Part shown: positions 35,045 to 43,864 of the stretch, piece by piece
Layout: every line of letters begins with the position of its first letter
Numbering within the stretch: position 1 is the stretch's first letter
Assembly (NCBI GenBank): GCA_017646005.1
Contig: JAGCNJ010000075.1
Location: 1-54,382, forward strand
DNA from: Clostridia bacterium
GTDB taxonomy: Bacteria > Bacillota > Clostridia > Oscillospirales > CAG-272
Length of the DNA stretch: 54,382 nucleotides
Direction of reading: 5' to 3'
Made by a program: the position numbers and the translations under genes
Notes under the pieces: generated by a model
Databases searched by the model: none
Told to the model about the DNA's origin: nothing
What the model saw: only the letters and a program-made list of their open reading frames with translations

Positions 35045-35779
35045 TCATCCCACGTTTGAACAGAAATCAAGCACCGAACAGGCAATGCAAGCGGCAAGCC
35101 TTTGCTGATAGGCAAAGTCACACAGTCTTTCACACTCATCGGTATTTGAAATAAAACCGCATTCGATAAGCACGGACGTGTTTTTCATTCGGTCAAGTAA
35201 ATAGATCGACGAGCTTGCTTTCTTGTTTTCGCGCATATTTCCTATCTCAAAGCGCGTGCTTATATTGTTTCTCACAATATCTGCAAGTCTCTTACTGTTT
35301 TCACTGTTTGGTGAATACCATATCTGAAGACCGTGGCAGACCTCTTGGGGGAATTTATTCATATGGACAGACAAAAACAGGGCGTCGGGATTGTTTTCCG
35401 CAAGCTCAAGCCGACGCTTAAGATCGGTCATCTTGCGCTTCCCCTTTTCTGCATCCTCTCCGAGCGAAACATCGCTCTCGCGGGTCATTATCGCATCAAC
35501 GTTCATTAGAGCAAAAACAGCATCAAGCTTTTTTGAAAGCTCAAGATTCAATTCCTTTTCAAGTCTGCCGTTTATACCGGTAGCACCCCCGTCCTCCCCA
35601 CCGTGACCCGGATCTATTATAACCTTTCTTGATTTCACCTCCCCCGCAGATGCCGAAAGTGAAATATCGCGCTTGCCTATGGTGTAGCCGGTATATCCGA
35701 GCATTGCGGCTATAACGGCGAATACTATCGAAAACAGCGCAAGCTTTAAGATCAGTTTTCTTTTGATTTTGGAAGACAT
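35045..35779 (-). CDS. cwlD: N-acetylmuramoyl-L-alanine amidase (Amidase_3; CwlD-like germination amidase)
   Basis: IIDPGHGGEDGGA, LSVHMN, ECGFISN motifs, N-terminal signal anchor. ATG at 35779 (MSSKIKRK) has AAAGGAG upstream. The track ORF extends to 35845. Confidence 0.8.
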   Translation of the reverse strand: MSSKIKRKLILKLALFSIVFAVIAAMLGYTGYTIGKRDISLSASAGEVKSRKVIIDPGHGGEDGGATGINGRLEKELNLELSKKLDAVFALMNVDAIMTRESDVSLGEDAEKGKRKMTDLKRRLELAENNPDALFLSVHMNKFPQEVCHGLQIWYSPNSENSKRLADIVRNNISTRFEIGNMRENKKASSSIYLLDRMKNTSVLIECGFISNTDECERLCDFAYQQRLAACIACSVLDFCSNVG

Positions 35780-35931
35780 ACTAACTCCTTTGTGTTTATT
35801 CTTGTAAATAATATTTATGCCGAGTGGGTCAAAAGCTATGCACACAGCAGGGCAAAGTATGTGTTTTTCTCACTTGCGTTATCAAAATTATGATAAAATA
35901 TTCTTATACAACAGTTAAAGGAAACCTTTTT

Positions 35932-36450
35932 ATGGCAGAAAAAGAAAAATATCTCGAATGCGGAAAAATTATAAATACTCACGGAGTCAGAGGAAACGTC
36001 AAGATCGAATCCTGGTGCGATTCACTTGAAGTCTTCTGCTCACTTCCCTGCATATACGTTGAAAAGAAAAGCGGATTTGTGAAATACGATATCACAAGTG
36101 CCTCGGTACACAAGGGCTGCGCACTTGTAAAGCTTGAGGGTGTTGACGATATGGATGCGGCAATGCTTCTCAAAAACAAGATCGTCTATGCAGACCGCGA
36201 GCTTATCCCGATAGACGAGGGCGCGGTATTTATCGTGGATATGATAGGGCTTGACGTATTCAACACAAAAAGCGGCGAAAGGCTCGGCAAGCTTACCGAC
36301 ATTTTCGAAAGCGTGGCTTCGGATATATACGTTATAAAGACCGACGAGGGTAAAGAGGTAATGGTGCCCGGAGTTGATGAGTTTATAGACGAAATAGATC
36401 TTGACCGCGGAGTTTTCATCTCCCCTATTCCCGGTATGTTTGAAGATTAA
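35932..36450 (+). CDS. rimM: 16S rRNA processing protein RimM
   Basis: MAEKEKYLECGKIINTHGVRGNVKIESW, typical RimM N-terminus plus PRC-barrel C-terminus. The track ORF start at 35824 is upstream of the SD-supported ATG at 35932. Confidence 0.9.
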   Translation: MAEKEKYLECGKIINTHGVRGNVKIESWCDSLEVFCSLPCIYVEKKSGFVKYDITSASVHKGCALVKLEGVDDMDAAMLLKNKIVYADRELIPIDEGAVFIVDMIGLDVFNTKSGERLGKLTDIFESVASDIYVIKTDEGKEVMVPGVDEFIDEIDLDRGVFISPIPGMFED

Positions 36451-36464
36451 CGGAGGATATTCTC

Positions 36465-37184
36465 TTGCGCTTTGATATAATGACTCTTTTTACGTCCCTT
36501 GTCGAAACGGTGCTTTCCGAAAGCATAATCGGACGTGCGCGTGCATCGGGACTTATTGAGATACACACGCACGACATACGCGATTTTTCGGAAAACAAGC
36601 ACAGACGTGTGGACGATACGCCGTATGGCGGCGGTATGGGTATGCTTATGAGCCCCGTACCGATATATAACTGCTATAGATCGATTCTTGAGTCAATGGC
36701 CGACAAGCCAGATTGCAAAAGACGGGTAATATATATGTCCCCCAAGGGAAGCGTGCTTACACAGGACAAGGCACGCGAGCTACTCGGATATGACAATCTC
36801 GTCATTCTGTGCGGACACTATGAGGGAGTAGACCAGAGGATAATCGATGAGATAGTAGACGAAGAAATCTCCATCGGAGATTACGTGCTTACGGGCGGTG
36901 AGCTTCCCGCCTGCATACTCGTAGACTCGGTCTCACGTATGATAGAAGGTGTTCTCTCGGACAAGGAGTGCTATGAAAACGAAAGCATAGCCTCGGGGCT
37001 TCTTGAATACCCGCAATATACCCGTCCATACGAGTTCAACGGCAGAAAGGTTCCGGACGTTTTACTCAGCGGACATCACGAAAACATTGAAAAATGGAGA
37101 AAAGAGCAGGCGCTTTTACTTACAAAAGAAAAGCGTCCCGATCTTTTAAGCGATAACAGAAAGGAGCAGACCGATCTTGGATAA
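36465..37184 (+). CDS. trmD: tRNA (guanine37-N1)-methyltransferase
   Basis: 239 aa, TTG start 8 nt after GGAGG. FDIMTLF, DDTPYGGGMGM, CGHYEGVDQR, GDYVLTGGE motifs. Confidence 0.95.
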   Translation: MRFDIMTLFTSLVETVLSESIIGRARASGLIEIHTHDIRDFSENKHRRVDDTPYGGGMGMLMSPVPIYNCYRSILESMADKPDCKRRVIYMSPKGSVLTQDKARELLGYDNLVILCGHYEGVDQRIIDEIVDEEISIGDYVLTGGELPACILVDSVSRMIEGVLSDKECYENESIASGLLEYPQYTRPYEFNGRKVPDVLLSGHHENIEKWRKEQALLLTKEKRPDLLSDNRKEQTDLG

Positions 37185-39069
37185 CAACACTCCAAAAAAC
37201 AAAAAGAGCTTGCTTGATATTATAAAATCAAGCGCGATCATTACCTTTTTGCTCGCGCTTGCGGATATAATCTATCAGAAGCTTGACCGCGGCTTTTACG
37301 GAAGGATCGCCACCTCGTACGATTTTGAAAACAAGGCGGCACAGTCAAGCGCGATATGCAGGGTGACAAAAAAGCTAAAATGGTCGGAAAGAGTATCCCG
37401 CCCCGCAAAGCAGGCTATCGCACGCTCTCTCGAGCAAAGCCTGATACTCGGTTGGATATCCGATATGCTTAAGGCATTACTTTACTGCAAGCAAAGGCTG
37501 TACGGTGTATTTTTCGTAACGCTCGGACTTTATATCGAGATGGCCTTTATAGTAAAGACTGCGCTTTATATTGACAATATAAAGGACATAGACTTTGTCC
37601 CCGCAACGGTGGGACTTACTCTTCTCATTATGTCGCTCCCGCTTTTGTTTTCCACAAAAACGCTGGCGCAATCGGTGCTTGAAAGCAAGCTTGTATCGTT
37701 CTTCGTTTTCGGTATTATAGGCGCAAGCAGAGAAAGCTTCTCTGAAAATATCGAGATTAAGGATATGGCGCTCATTCCGTTTGTACTCGGAATGCTTCTC
37801 GGTCTTTTAAGCTTCGCATTTGAACCGCTATTTATCATTGTAGCGCTTATCGCCTTCATAATGGCGTTAGCTATACTCAAGATCCCCGAATTCGGCGTAT
37901 TCATGATAGTAACCTTTGCGCCGTTCGCTCCCACGATGCTTCTTGCAGGGCTCACCGCTTACGTTACTGTATGCTTTGTGATAAAGCTCTTGTGCGGAAG
38001 AAGGTCCTTAAACTTCAGCCTTAATGACTATATGATAGCCACCTTTATGCTTCTGACAATTCTTGGCGGAGTGATATCTCCCGATATAAGCGGAAGCATC
38101 AAGCCGGCGCTTATCTACACGATCTTTATATGCGTATATTTCCTTTGCGCAAATCTTATCCGCACAAAGGAATGGCTTACCAAATGCCTTTACGGTGTTT
38201 GTGCTTCGCTCTTTGTCGTATCTGCTTACGGAATACTTCAGTACGTTTTCGGCTTCGGCGCCTCCACGTGGCACGATGAATCAATGTTCTCGGACATTTC
38301 CGGACGCGTGGTTTCAACCTTTGAAAACCCGAACGTGCTTGCAGAATACCTTATTATGTTCATACCGCTCGCATTTGCAATGATGATAGTATCGCAAAAG
38401 CGCGAGCTTAAGGCGGCTTCTCTCGTATGCTTCGCAAGCGCGGCACTCTGTCTTATATTTACCTGGTCACGCGGTGCATGGCTCGGATTTATTTTCGGTA
38501 TGCTCGTATTGCTTCTGACCTACAGCAAAAAGATACTCGCGCTTCTGTTCGGATGCGTTGTATTTATCCCCGCACTCCCCTTTGTTCTGCCCGAATCTGT
38601 AACAAACAGATTCTTAAGCATAGGAAATCTCGCAGATTCCTCAACGTCATACAGAGTCCACATCTGGACGGGCGTTACGTCGATGCTTCGTGAGCATTGG
38701 TTTACCGGCATCGGTACGGGTGAGCCGGCCTTTTCAATGGTATATCCGAAATTCGCACTTTCCGGAATCGAGCTTGCGCCTCACTCACATAATCTGTTCT
38801 TACAGATAATGGTCGAGCACGGCTTGCTTGCCCTGATACTTTTCTTTGTTATAATTCTTCTGTACGTACAAAGCGTTTTCACCTTCAAACGCTTCGAAAC
38901 AAGAAAAACAAAGCTTGTAGTCAGCGCGATGATGTGCGGAATTCTTGCCGTACTGTTGCAGGGACTTACAGATTATATATGGTACAATTACAGAGTATAT
39001 CTCATATTCTGGCTTCTTATAGGACTTACAGTAGCCACCCGCAGATGCCACAGAGTAACAAGGACTTAA
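37177..39069 (+). CDS. O-antigen ligase/Wzy-like polytopic membrane protein
   Basis: 630 aa with more than 12 TM. Wzy_C-like segment FTWSRGAWLGFIFGMLVLL ... HSHNLFLQIMVEHG. TTG start overlaps the trmD stop by 8 nt (AAAGGAG 10 nt upstream). Confidence 0.75.
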   Translation: MDNNTPKNKKSLLDIIKSSAIITFLLALADIIYQKLDRGFYGRIATSYDFENKAAQSSAICRVTKKLKWSERVSRPAKQAIARSLEQSLILGWISDMLKALLYCKQRLYGVFFVTLGLYIEMAFIVKTALYIDNIKDIDFVPATVGLTLLIMSLPLLFSTKTLAQSVLESKLVSFFVFGIIGASRESFSENIEIKDMALIPFVLGMLLGLLSFAFEPLFIIVALIAFIMALAILKIPEFGVFMIVTFAPFAPTMLLAGLTAYVTVCFVIKLLCGRRSLNFSLNDYMIATFMLLTILGGVISPDISGSIKPALIYTIFICVYFLCANLIRTKEWLTKCLYGVCASLFVVSAYGILQYVFGFGASTWHDESMFSDISGRVVSTFENPNVLAEYLIMFIPLAFAMMIVSQKRELKAASLVCFASAALCLIFTWSRGAWLGFIFGMLVLLLTYSKKILALLFGCVVFIPALPFVLPESVTNRFLSIGNLADSSTSYRVHIWTGVTSMLREHWFTGIGTGEPAFSMVYPKFALSGIELAPHSHNLFLQIMVEHGLLALILFFVIILLYVQSVFTFKRFETRKTKLVVSAMMCGILAVLLQGLTDYIWYNYRVYLIFWLLIGLTVATRRCHRVTRT

Positions 39070-39085
39070 CGAAAGGACAAAAAAT

Positions 39086-39592
39086 ATGATCAAGCAGAAT
39101 AACAAAAAACGCAGATTTAACGTAGTAGACCTTCTTATCACCGCGATAATACTCGTAGTGATAGCATTTTTGGCTTATATCTTCGTCTTCAACAGCTCGT
39201 TCGGAACAGCAGGTGACGATACCGTAACGATACAGTATGTTCTCGAAGTGAAGGACGCTTATGATATGCTCACCGAATCCGCAGCAAAAAACGTGGATAA
39301 GGAGCTTATAGACGCGGCGGCAAAATTCGTTCTCGGCACAGTCAAGGAGTTTTACACAGAGCCGGCGGTACTTTCCACCTATTCTCACGAAACCGGTGAG
39401 GCTACCACCTCCGATTATCCGGAGCATTCAAACTTTTATTTCGTGGTAGAGGCAGAGGCTAAACGCGAGGCGGACACAAACCGATATATGCTCGACGGCT
39501 TTGAGCTTTCGGTAGGCTCACGCGTATACGTGCGCTTACCCTACTACACAGGCACGTCATACTGCATTGAAATAAACGAGATAACCAAGTAA
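39086..39592 (+). CDS. single-TM extracytoplasmic protein (I believe DUF4330-like), paralog 1
   Basis: 168 aa. KKRRFNVVDLLITAIILVVIAFLAYIFVF N-terminal anchor, then a soluble domain. Confidence 0.6.
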   Translation: MIKQNNKKRRFNVVDLLITAIILVVIAFLAYIFVFNSSFGTAGDDTVTIQYVLEVKDAYDMLTESAAKNVDKELIDAAAKFVLGTVKEFYTEPAVLSTYSHETGEATTSDYPEHSNFYFVVEAEAKREADTNRYMLDGFELSVGSRVYVRLPYYTGTSYCIEINEITK

Positions 39593-39606
39593 GGAGGAAA
39601 TAGAAT

Positions 39607-40098
39607 ATGTCAAACAAAGCAAAGCTCCGCTTTAACGCGATCGATCTTGTTATAATAATCCTTGTTGTAGGCTGTATTGCCGGACTCGCTCTCAGATACC
39701 AGCTTATAAACGTTATTCACTCCGAAAGCGAAAGCAACGGTGCAAACGTATCCTTCTACCTCAGCAACATCCGTTCAACAAGCGAAAACTACTTTAACGA
39801 GGGCGATACCTTCTACCTTGCAAATGAGGATATAGAGCTTGGAACGTTACTTTCCGGCTTCCGATTCGAGCCCGCCGCACAGTATAATATGAGAAGCGAC
39901 GGCAAATACGTAAAGACTACCGCAGCAAACGGCAGAAGCGATATGTTCGGCACACTGAAGGCTGACGGCCGTTTTGCCGACAGCGGAGAATTTCTTCTCA
40001 GCGGAACAAAATACATTGCCGCAGGCAGTGAGCTTGCCGTATACAGCAACAACGTAGAAGTCACGGTAATCATCACCGAAGTGGCTCCCATAGCCTGA
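39607..40098 (+). CDS. single-TM extracytoplasmic protein (DUF4330-like), paralog 2
   Basis: 163 aa. AKLRFNAIDLVIIILVVGCIAGLAL mirrors the N-terminus of the preceding ORF. SD AAGGAGG. Confidence 0.6.
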   Translation: MSNKAKLRFNAIDLVIIILVVGCIAGLALRYQLINVIHSESESNGANVSFYLSNIRSTSENYFNEGDTFYLANEDIELGTLLSGFRFEPAAQYNMRSDGKYVKTTAANGRSDMFGTLKADGRFADSGEFLLSGTKYIAAGSELAVYSNNVEVTVIITEVAPIA

Positions 40099-40179
40099 CT
40101 TTTGTGCTATTTTGTCAAAATGTCGATTAAATCAGCGCTTTTGCAAATATTTTTGGTGAAAACGGATATAAATTAACTA

Positions 40180-40208
40180 TTGATTTATCGTAAATTTTTT
40201 GGTATACT
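40180..40208 (+). promoter_or_regulatory. candidate promoter for ptsH
   Basis: TTGATT (40180-40185), 17-nt spacer, TGGTATACT extended -10 (TATACT 40203-40208). Confidence 0.55.
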
Positions 40209-40294
40209 TTTAAATAGAAAAGTGGACTTATACACCGGTTATACTTGCAATACGTGCCATTGAAGGCAGATCAGCAGAAAGGAAATGCATTATT

Positions 40295-40558
40295 ATGAAA
40301 ACACGTGAGGTTACCATCCAGAATATAGTAGGACTTCATGCCAGACCCGCAACCTTCTTCATCCAGAAGGCTAATACTTATAAAAGCTCCATCTCCGTAA
40401 TAAAGGACGACAAGCGTGTTAATGCCAAGAGCCTTTTGGGTGTGCTTTCACTCGGAGTTGTTAAGGGTATGACAGTTACACTGTCCGCAGAGGGTCCCGA
40501 TGAAGACGAGGCACTCGCAGGTCTTGCCGAGCTTATAGATTCCTGCTTCGGCGAATAA
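40295..40558 (+). CDS. ptsH: phosphocarrier protein HPr
   Basis: 87 aa. GLHARPA (His15) and NAKSLLGVLSLG (Ser46) motifs both present. Confidence 0.9.
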   Translation: MKTREVTIQNIVGLHARPATFFIQKANTYKSSISVIKDDKRVNAKSLLGVLSLGVVKGMTVTLSAEGPDEDEALAGLAELIDSCFGE

Positions 40559-40590
40559 GCACAAGTAGTGCGTCGCACAAGATATGTATC

Positions 40591-40650
40591 GGACGAGAGC
40601 GGAAGCTATCGCGGTAAGCGTGATATTCCCGACTCGTCCTTTTTGTTTTT
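40591..40650 (+). terminator. probable ptsH terminator (long-loop or branched hairpin plus T-tract)
   Basis: GGACGAG (40591-40597) pairs with CTCGTCC (40633-40639), followed by TTTTTGTTTTTG. The 35 nt between the arms may fold further. Confidence 0.5.
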
Positions 40651-40675
40651 GCAAATAATATAAGGGGGTGCTGAT

Positions 40676-42514
40676 ATGGACGAAAAAAGAAGTGAGCTTT
40701 TAGAAAAAGCTCTTACACTGCCGCTTTCGTCAGGCGTTTACATTATGCGCGACAAGACAGGCAAGGTAATATACGTCGGCAAATCGCGCGCGCTTAAAAA
40801 CCGCGTGTCACAGTATTTCCGCGATTCGCAAAAGGATATAAAATGCGAGCGTATGGTTTCAAGCGTTTCAAGCTTTGATTATATCCTGACCGATTCCGAA
40901 ATGGAAGCGCTCACGCTTGAAAACAGTCTTATAAAGCAATACACCCCAAAATACAACATCAAGCTGAAGGATGCCAAAAGCTATCCGTATATAAAGATCG
41001 ATCTTGATTCCCCATATCCGAAGATAACAATGACACGCCGCCGCGCAAATGATAACGCCAAATACTTCGGCCCTTATTCAAGCGCAAGCGCCGTATACTC
41101 GATTATCCAGACGATACAGAAATCCTTCGGCGTTGCCTCGTGCGATAAAAGCTTCCCGCGCGATATACAAAAGAGCCGTCCTTGCCTTAACAGTCATTTA
41201 GGCTTTTGTATGGCTCCATGTACAGGTGAAATCTCGAGCGAGGAATACAAGGCTGTCTTCAAGGAGATAATATCGTTCCTCAAGGGCTCGTACAAGGAAG
41301 CCGAGGAATCACTAAATGAAAAAATGGAAGAGGCGGCAGAAAATCTTATGTTCGAAGCGGCGGCAAGATACCGTGACCGTATTGCCTCACTCAAAAGCCT
41401 TTGGCAAAGGCAAAAGGTGGTCGGCTCGCCGGAACTTAACGAGGACGTTATATCAATATATCCGGGAGAGACCTGCTCCTGTCTTTCGGTCTTCTTTATA
41501 CGCTCCGGAAGTGTTGTTGACAATGAAAACCATATCTTTAACGCAGATCAGATCATAGACAGCGAATCTCTTTGCTCGTTTTTATGTGAGCTTTATACCG
41601 CGCGTGAATTTATACCCAAAGAAATACTTCTCGCATATGAGCTCGCAGACGATGAAAAGAATATGCTTGAAGAATTTTTGAGCGCACGCGCAGGCGAACG
41701 TATATACGTCCACCTGCCTCAAAAGGGTGAAAAGAAGGCTCTCTGTGATATGGTCTACGAAAATGCCGCGCAGAACGCAAGGCTTTACGAAAAGCAGAGT
41801 GAGCACGACAATTCGGTACTTGTGAAGCTTGCTTCTCTCCTTGCGCTCGAGGTAGTGCCCGAAAGAATAGAAGCATACGACATATCCAATTTCGGCAACG
41901 ATAACATCACAGCAGGAATGATAGTCGCTCAGAACGGACGGCTGATCAAAAACGATTACCGCTCCTTCAAAATATCCACAGGCGCACAGGACGACTATGC
42001 AGCTATGCGTGAGGCAATATCACGAAGGCTCGCCCATCTTTCGGACACTGAGGGCTCGTTTGCAAATATTCCCGACCTTATCTTGCTCGACGGCGGCAAA
42101 GCCCACGTCTCTGTAATACGCGAGCTTACAGAATCGCTCGGACTTGATATTCCGGTATTCGGAATGGTCAAGGATGAGCATCACAAGACCCGCGCACTCA
42201 CAGACGGAGAAAATGAGATAGCGATAGCGCGCGAGCAGAGTGTTTTCGTCTTCGTGTACAAGCTCCAAGAGGAGGTGCACAGATACTCGATAACACGTAT
42301 GACAAACGCCAAGCGCAAATTGGTAAAGACGTCAACGCTTGAGGAAATCCCCGGTATAGGAAAAACAAAGGCAAAAAATCTGCTTGCTCATTTCAAGAGC
42401 CTTGCCGCCATAAAAAAAGCCGCAGTCTACGAGCTGGCAAGCGTTGCGGGAATAAGCAAGAGTGATGCCGGAAATATAGTAAAATACTTTAATGCTCAAC
42501 AAAAAGGGCAGTAA
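40676..42514 (+). CDS. uvrC: excinuclease ABC subunit C
   Basis: 612 aa. GIY-YIG N-terminus (GVYIMRDKTGKVIYVGKSRALKNRVSQYF), UVR domain, C-terminal HhH. Confidence 0.95.
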   Translation: MDEKRSELLEKALTLPLSSGVYIMRDKTGKVIYVGKSRALKNRVSQYFRDSQKDIKCERMVSSVSSFDYILTDSEMEALTLENSLIKQYTPKYNIKLKDAKSYPYIKIDLDSPYPKITMTRRRANDNAKYFGPYSSASAVYSIIQTIQKSFGVASCDKSFPRDIQKSRPCLNSHLGFCMAPCTGEISSEEYKAVFKEIISFLKGSYKEAEESLNEKMEEAAENLMFEAAARYRDRIASLKSLWQRQKVVGSPELNEDVISIYPGETCSCLSVFFIRSGSVVDNENHIFNADQIIDSESLCSFLCELYTAREFIPKEILLAYELADDEKNMLEEFLSARAGERIYVHLPQKGEKKALCDMVYENAAQNARLYEKQSEHDNSVLVKLASLLALEVVPERIEAYDISNFGNDNITAGMIVAQNGRLIKNDYRSFKISTGAQDDYAAMREAISRRLAHLSDTEGSFANIPDLILLDGGKAHVSVIRELTESLGLDIPVFGMVKDEHHKTRALTDGENEIAIAREQSVFVFVYKLQEEVHRYSITRMTNAKRKLVKTSTLEEIPGIGKTKAKNLLAHFKSLAAIKKAAVYELASVAGISKSDAGNIVKYFNAQQKGQ

Positions 42515-42525
42515 CGGAGATAAAT

Positions 42526-43092
42526 ATGAGAATAATCACAGGAATAGCACGTGGAGTAAAGCTTCAGACCCTTGAGGGGGAGGCAACACGCCCTACAGCA
42601 GAGCGCGTCAAGGAAGCGCTTTTCAGCATGATACAGTTTGACCTTGAGGACGCAGTCGTGCTCGATCTTTTTGCGGGAAGCGGTCAGCTCGGGCTCGAAG
42701 CATTGAGCCGCGGCGCAGAAAGGGCGGTATTTACCGACCTGTCGAGCGATGCCACCGCTATAATCAAGGCTAACGCTCAGAAAACACGTCTTTTTGAAAA
42801 ATGCCGTGTGCTCACTATGGATTACAAGGAATATATCCGCGCGGCAACAGGTAAATATAAATTCGATTTCATCTTTTTAGACCCGCCCTACGCGCAGAAA
42901 ATACTGCCCGAGGTGCTTAAAAAGATACACGCGGCTGATATTCTTACCGATAGCGGAATTATAGTATGTGAATCCGAAGAAGAGCTGACTCTGGAGGAAT
43001 ACGCCCTTTCGGATAGCTTTGAGATCATAAAGCAGGCAAAATACGGTCGAGTACATCTTTGTCTGCTTAAGAAAAAGGAGATAGCAGTATGA
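42526..43092 (+). CDS. rsmD: 16S rRNA (guanine966-N2)-methyltransferase
   Basis: MRIITGIARGVKLQTLEGEATRPT, DLFAGSGQLGLEALSRGA, LDPPY motifs. Confidence 0.9.
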   Translation: MRIITGIARGVKLQTLEGEATRPTAERVKEALFSMIQFDLEDAVVLDLFAGSGQLGLEALSRGAERAVFTDLSSDATAIIKANAQKTRLFEKCRVLTMDYKEYIRAATGKYKFDFIFLDPPYAQKILPEVLKKIHAADILTDSGIIVCESEEELTLEEYALSDSFEIIKQAKYGRVHLCLLKKKEIAV

Positions 43093-43562
43093 CTGTCGCA
43101 CTTGTACCCGGAAGCTTTGACCCGATAACGAACGGGCATCTTAATATAATAAAACGAGCCTGCACTATGTTTGACAAGGTATACGTGACCGTATTTATAA
43201 ATGCGCAGAAGACCTCCCGCTTTCCGCTTGAAAAGCGCCTTGAAATGATACGTGCCGCCTGCGAGGGGCTTGATAACGTCGTCTGTGACAAAAACGAGGG
43301 TATGCTTGCCGATTACTGCAAGGAAAAAGGCATTACCGCCGTCGTTAAGGGAGCGCGCTCAGCCGTAGATTTCGAATATGAAATGGATATGGCTCACTTT
43401 AACCGCAATCGAAATCCAATGCTTGACACGGTCATTCTCTGCGCCGAAAAGGGCTATGAGGATATAAGCTCCACCGCACTTTATGAGAGGATAATCGAGA
43501 AAAAGGATTATCAGAGTCTCGTGCCTGATAAGGTCTGCAAAATATTAAAGGAGCTTGTCTGA
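43089..43562 (+). CDS. coaD: phosphopantetheine adenylyltransferase
   Basis: PGSFDPITNGHLNII motif. 4-nt overlap with rsmD. Confidence 0.95.
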   Translation: MTVALVPGSFDPITNGHLNIIKRACTMFDKVYVTVFINAQKTSRFPLEKRLEMIRAACEGLDNVVCDKNEGMLADYCKEKGITAVVKGARSAVDFEYEMDMAHFNRNRNPMLDTVILCAEKGYEDISSTALYERIIEKKDYQSLVPDKVCKILKELV

Positions 43563-43577
43563 CAAGCTCCTTTTTTT
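43550..43577 (+). terminator. intrinsic terminator of the uvrC-rsmD-coaD unit
   Basis: GGAGCTTGTC-T-GACAAGCTCC inverted repeat spanning the coaD stop codon, followed by TTTTTTT. Confidence 0.85.
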
Positions 43578-43695
43578 CGCCACTTTTAACCACCGGATTT
43601 TACTTATTATACCATTTTTATCAATTCCAGCCTTTTGTTCACAAAATATTTACATTTATGCACCTTAAATCACTGTAAAAAATTCTTTTTACCTA

Positions 43696-43724
43696 TTGAA
43701 AAATCAAAAAATGTAGGTTATAAT
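43696..43724 (+). promoter_or_regulatory. dcw cluster promoter (Pmra)
   Basis: TTGAAA (43696-43701), 17-nt spacer, TATAAT (43719-43724). Confidence 0.7.
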
Positions 43725-43730
43725 TATTAC

Positions 43731-43770
43731 AAAGTGGTGTAAAGTGGCGCAAAAGGGAGCAAAATGGTGG
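43731..43770 (+). repeat. four tandem 10-bp direct repeats, candidate MraZ operator
   Basis: AAAGTGGTGT / AAAGTGGCGC / AAAAGGGAGC / AAAATGGTGG start 7 nt after the -10 box. Each has an A-run followed by a G-rich core, at exact 10-bp phase. Confidence 0.65.
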
Positions 43771-43864
43771 GAATCGAACCATATTTTCCCGCCGAGCGTC
43801 CATAAGGGCGCTTTTTGTGCTTCTAACAAGTGCCTGTGCATGTATTTTGGAAGGGAGATTTGCT

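Noticed and set aside
40295-40558. A stand-alone ptsH (HPr) with no ptsI, EII or hprK gene nearby.
   Set aside because: Orphan ptsH genes are frequent in Firmicutes. Both His15 and Ser46 contexts are intact, so this looks like an ordinary HPr.
43769-43783. tRNA-like T-loop consensus GGTTCGATTCC on the minus strand, which raised the possibility of a tRNA gene or tRNA-fragment att site upstream of mraZ.
   Set aside because: The flanks do not give a 5-bp T-stem, a 7-bp acceptor stem, or D and anticodon arms. The match overlaps the fourth MraZ-type repeat and is most likely coincidental.
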